Of a DNA stretch of 64,000 bases, positions 60,730 to 64,000 are shown in pieces. The translations under genes and the position numbers were made by a program. The first letter of the stretch is position 1; each line of letters opens with the position of its first letter. A model generated the notes under the pieces. The model made no database searches and had not been told where the DNA came from. It was given only the letters and a program-made list of their open reading frames with translations. This DNA is from Paraspadella gotoi (Eukaryota; Animalia; Chaetognatha), in the NCBI GenBank assembly GCA_051294375.1, contig CM119264.1, positions 5,087,174 to 5,151,173 on the forward strand, in the 5' to 3' direction.

Positions 60730-62822
60730 AACAAGTTTGAGCAAACAATGTCAGATCTGCCTACAATAATAATCGGTAATCTGCTAATCAGATGATAAAT
60801 CACAATATTTTTAAAAATTTTTTTTAACTCGCATCATTTTTCAACTCGCATAATTTTTTCCACGCACATAATTTTTCAAACTCATCATTTTTTCAACTTG
60901 CATAATTTCTTCAACTTGCATAATCTTTCAACCTGCATAATTTCCTTCAACTTGCATAATTTCTTCAACTTGCATAATTTCTTCAACTTGCATAATTTCT
61001 TCAACTTGCATAATTTTTCAACTTGCATAGTTTTTTCAACTTCCTAATTTTTTTAACTTGCATAATTTTTCAACTTGCATAATTTTTTCAACTTGCATAA
61101 TTTTTTTAACTTGCATAATTTTTTCAACTTGCATAATTTTTCAACTTGCATAATTTTTTCAACTTGCATAATTTTTTCAACTTGCCTAAATTTTTTCAAC
61201 TTGCATAATTTTTTCAACTTGCATAATTTTTTCAACTTGCATAATTTTTTTTCAACTTGCATAATTTTTTCAACTTGCATAATTTTTCAACTTGCATAAT
61301 TTTTTCAACTTGATAATTTTTTAATTAATTAATTAATTAATTAAAACTTTGGTAAAAGACTTAGCAGGAATTTAAAGAAGAAAATAGAAGACGTTTCACG
61401 ATTTATTTTACAACATGTATGATCAAATCATTTTCAGAGAGAAAAACGACAATAACAAAAAGAGAATAACAATAGTAAAAATAACAATAAGAGTCGAACG
61501 AATCTAGTGGTCAGTTAAATATTTGACCTTAAGTCGTAGGTCACGATTGAGGTAAGTTTTAGTCGTTAAGGTTGTTGTTGTGTCGTTGTTGTTGTCGTTG
61601 TGTTGTCACCAAAAAACATTTATTAGTAATCATAAATAAAAAAGATTCAAGTAAATGTGACTTATGTTTTTTCCATTTAAAACTCATTTCCACTGGCACA
61701 ATTCCATCAAAACTTTATATCTAGCTTCTTCACACACTTTCCTTTTGAATCTATTAATTCAATTATGATTAATTCGAGTAATTATGGGTTAAAATAAGTA
61801 ACATTGCAGGACTAACAAGATCGTGAAAGGAAAAAGATTCAAGTAAATGTGATTCATTTTTTTTTTATTTAAACTCATTTCCACTCGTACGTTTCCACCA
61901 AAACTTTGTATCAAGCTTCGTCACACCACTTTCCTACCCACACACAAAATTTCAACTCAAAATACCATCCAATTATGATTAAATAGAGTATTTATGGTTA
62001 AAAAAAAGTTAAAATATTTTAGTAAATGCAACTTATGTTTTTTCCATTTAAACTCATTCACTCGCACGATCCATCGAAACTTTATATTCCAGCTTCATCT
62101 CACACTGTTCTACTAAGACACAAAATTTTATTCCAATCCAACCAGCCATCACAAGTTATTGGAGCTTTTGGCTAAGATGGACGGATGGACGGATTGATTG
62201 ACTAATTAATTAAATTATTGATTAATTAATTGAGTAATTGATTAATTAACTGATTAATTATTTGATTTATTAAAACATCCTTCATTTACATTTAATATAA
62301 AGGAAAAAGAAGCATAATCAATTAGTGAAACAGGTTTTTTTGTTTTTTCCATTTAAACTCATTTCCACTCAAACGATTCCATCGAAACTTGATTTCCAGC
62401 TCAATCACACACTTTCCTACCCAAATAAAAATTTCAAGTCAATCGTCTCATCCACTCTTGAGTAATTGGTGTTCAAATAGTGAAATTTATTTTTTCCATT
62501 TAAACTCATTTCCACTTGGACTATTCCATCGAAACTTCACATACAGCTCAATCACACAGTTCCCTACCCACGCACAAAATTTCATTCCAATCCATCCATC
62601 CAATCACGAGTAATTGGTGTTTTTTGCTAAGGTTGGACGGACGGACGGACGGACAGACAGACAGACGGACGGATGTACATCGTTTTTTTTGCATAATTTA
62701 TCATAATTCGATGTTCTCACATGATATAAGTGAGTGCCCGACAATATTGAGGGGGCGGACCGATGGACCGATAAAGTGAATTATAGAGTCGGGATCTGCT
62801 GATAAGCAGTTCCGACAAAAAA
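60730..62822 (-). mobile_element. long (~2.1 kb) family B DINE-1/HINE-like element in the intron of the acyl-CoA synthetase gene
   Basis: 3' end AACAAGTTTGAGCAAACAATGTCAGATCTGCCTAC; 18-bp array 60830-61320; ~150-190 bp central repeats 61630-62620; (GACR)n 62635-62670; 5' end GTCGGGATCTGCTGATAAGCAGTTCCGAC. Confidence 0.8.
60830..61320. repeat. 18-bp tandem array TCAACTTGCATAATTT(T/C)T, >20 units
   Basis: Directly visible; produces the HNFFNL/KKLCKL ORFs. Confidence 0.95.
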
Positions 62823-63083
62823 TTTTAAAAAATTTAAGTCGTTAATAAGATAGAAGCATTGTTTTAGGCGGCCATTACTAAATTGTTTTTTATTTAGAAT
62901 TTTTAAAAACGGATTTTGATAGAGCCTTGAAAAATAAATAAATCATATTAAAATACAAATTTTTATTTTTTATCAGTTAAAATTAGCAAAAACTATAAAA
63001 ATTATGATAGGATGATAACATTTAAATTTTTTTTCCCTATTTAACCCACTCATCACCGAAATATTAAAAAAACGAATTATACT

Positions 63084-64000
63084 TTTTAGTCGGATCTGCT
63101 TATCAGCAGATTCCGACTCTATAATTCACTTTGTCGATCCGTCGATCCCACCCGTAAATCTTGTCGGTAAATCATTTTTATCACATCAGAACGTCGTATT
63201 ATGTTAAATTAAGCTAAAAAAACGATGTCCGTCCATCCGTCTGTCTGTCTCTGTCCGTCTGTATGTCCGTCTGTCCCCCCTTAGCAAAAAACTTCAATTA
63301 CTCGTGATTGGATGGTTGGATTGGAATGAAAATTCGTGTGTGTGATTGAGCTGGATATAAAGTTTCGATGGAATTGTGCGATTGGAAATGAGTTGAAATG
63401 GAAAAAACATTAATATTAACTTAATTCTTTTTAGTAATTAACATTAACATTAACATTAACATTAACTTAAATCTTTTTAGTAATTTTAACCCATACTTAC
63501 TCGAAATAATCATAATTGGATAGATAGATTGGGATTAAATTTTGTGTGTGGGTAGGAAAGTGTGTGATGAAGCTGGATATAAAGTTTAGATGAAATCGTG
63601 CAAGTGGAAATGAGTTAAAATGGAAAAAAACATAAGTCACTTTTATTTGAATCTTTTTAATAATTTTAATCCATAATCAATCGATTTCTTCATAATTGAG
63701 CAGGATATAAAATTTTGATGGAATCGAGGAGTGGAAATGAGTGTGCATGGATAAAACCAAAGGGTAGTCGACTTCAATTTTTATTATTTATGCTTACTCA
63801 TGAATTTTTTAATTAATTAATTAATTATTTAATTAATTAAGTGAAAAAATGATCCATTTTGAAAAAATGACGCCAGTTAAAAAAATTATGCATATTGAAA
63901 AAATGATGAAAATTGAAAGATTGTTGCAAGCTGTAAGAATGATGCAAGTTGAAACAATGATGCAAGTTGAAACAATGATGCAAGTTGAAAGAATGATGCA
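63084..64000 (+). mobile_element. family B DINE-1/HINE-like element running off the window, inserted at a T-run inside a family A MITE (62865-63083)
   Basis: TTTTTAGTCGGATCTGCTTATCAGCAGATTCCGACTCTATAATT, (GTCY)n 63225-63275, central repeats, 18-bp TGATGCAAGTTGAAACAA array at the window end. Confidence 0.8.

Noticed and set aside
60830-61320. CRISPR-like array or repeat protein (HNFFNL/KKLCKL ORFs)
   Set aside because: Contiguous 18-bp units with no unique spacers, inside a HINE-like element in a eukaryotic intron.

Overview
AT-rich, microsatellite- and transposon-rich eukaryotic (probably invertebrate metazoan; species not determinable here) draft scaffold with N gaps and some apparently unpolished long-read fill. 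Most of the ORF track is noise. Reading splice sites by hand gives: (1) the 3' part of a 7-exon, phase-consistent gene (1-3708) for a hydrophobic, probably multi-pass membrane protein with an SP(Y/H)RSP-repeat tail; (2) a signal-peptide gene start (18721-19094) and phase-compatible Trp/Asn/Asp-rich exons (38571-43990), one of which carries a natural match to the designed tryptophan-zipper hairpin; (3) a 2-exon arylamine N-acetyltransferase-like gene (52004-53710); (4) the first two coding exons of a luciferase-like/4CL-like acyl-CoA synthetase (58107-59798). Mobile DNA includes a frameshifted Gypsy pol with an apparent OTU-like protease domain between RNase H and integrase, Penelope-like remnants (GIY-YIG fragment plus up to seven mostly degenerate or truncated minimal hammerhead motifs, two forming a head-to-head palindrome with a TSD), DINE-1/HINE-like Helentron derivatives and MITEs. 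All protein and RNA family calls rest on motifs read by eye; no database search or folding program was run.
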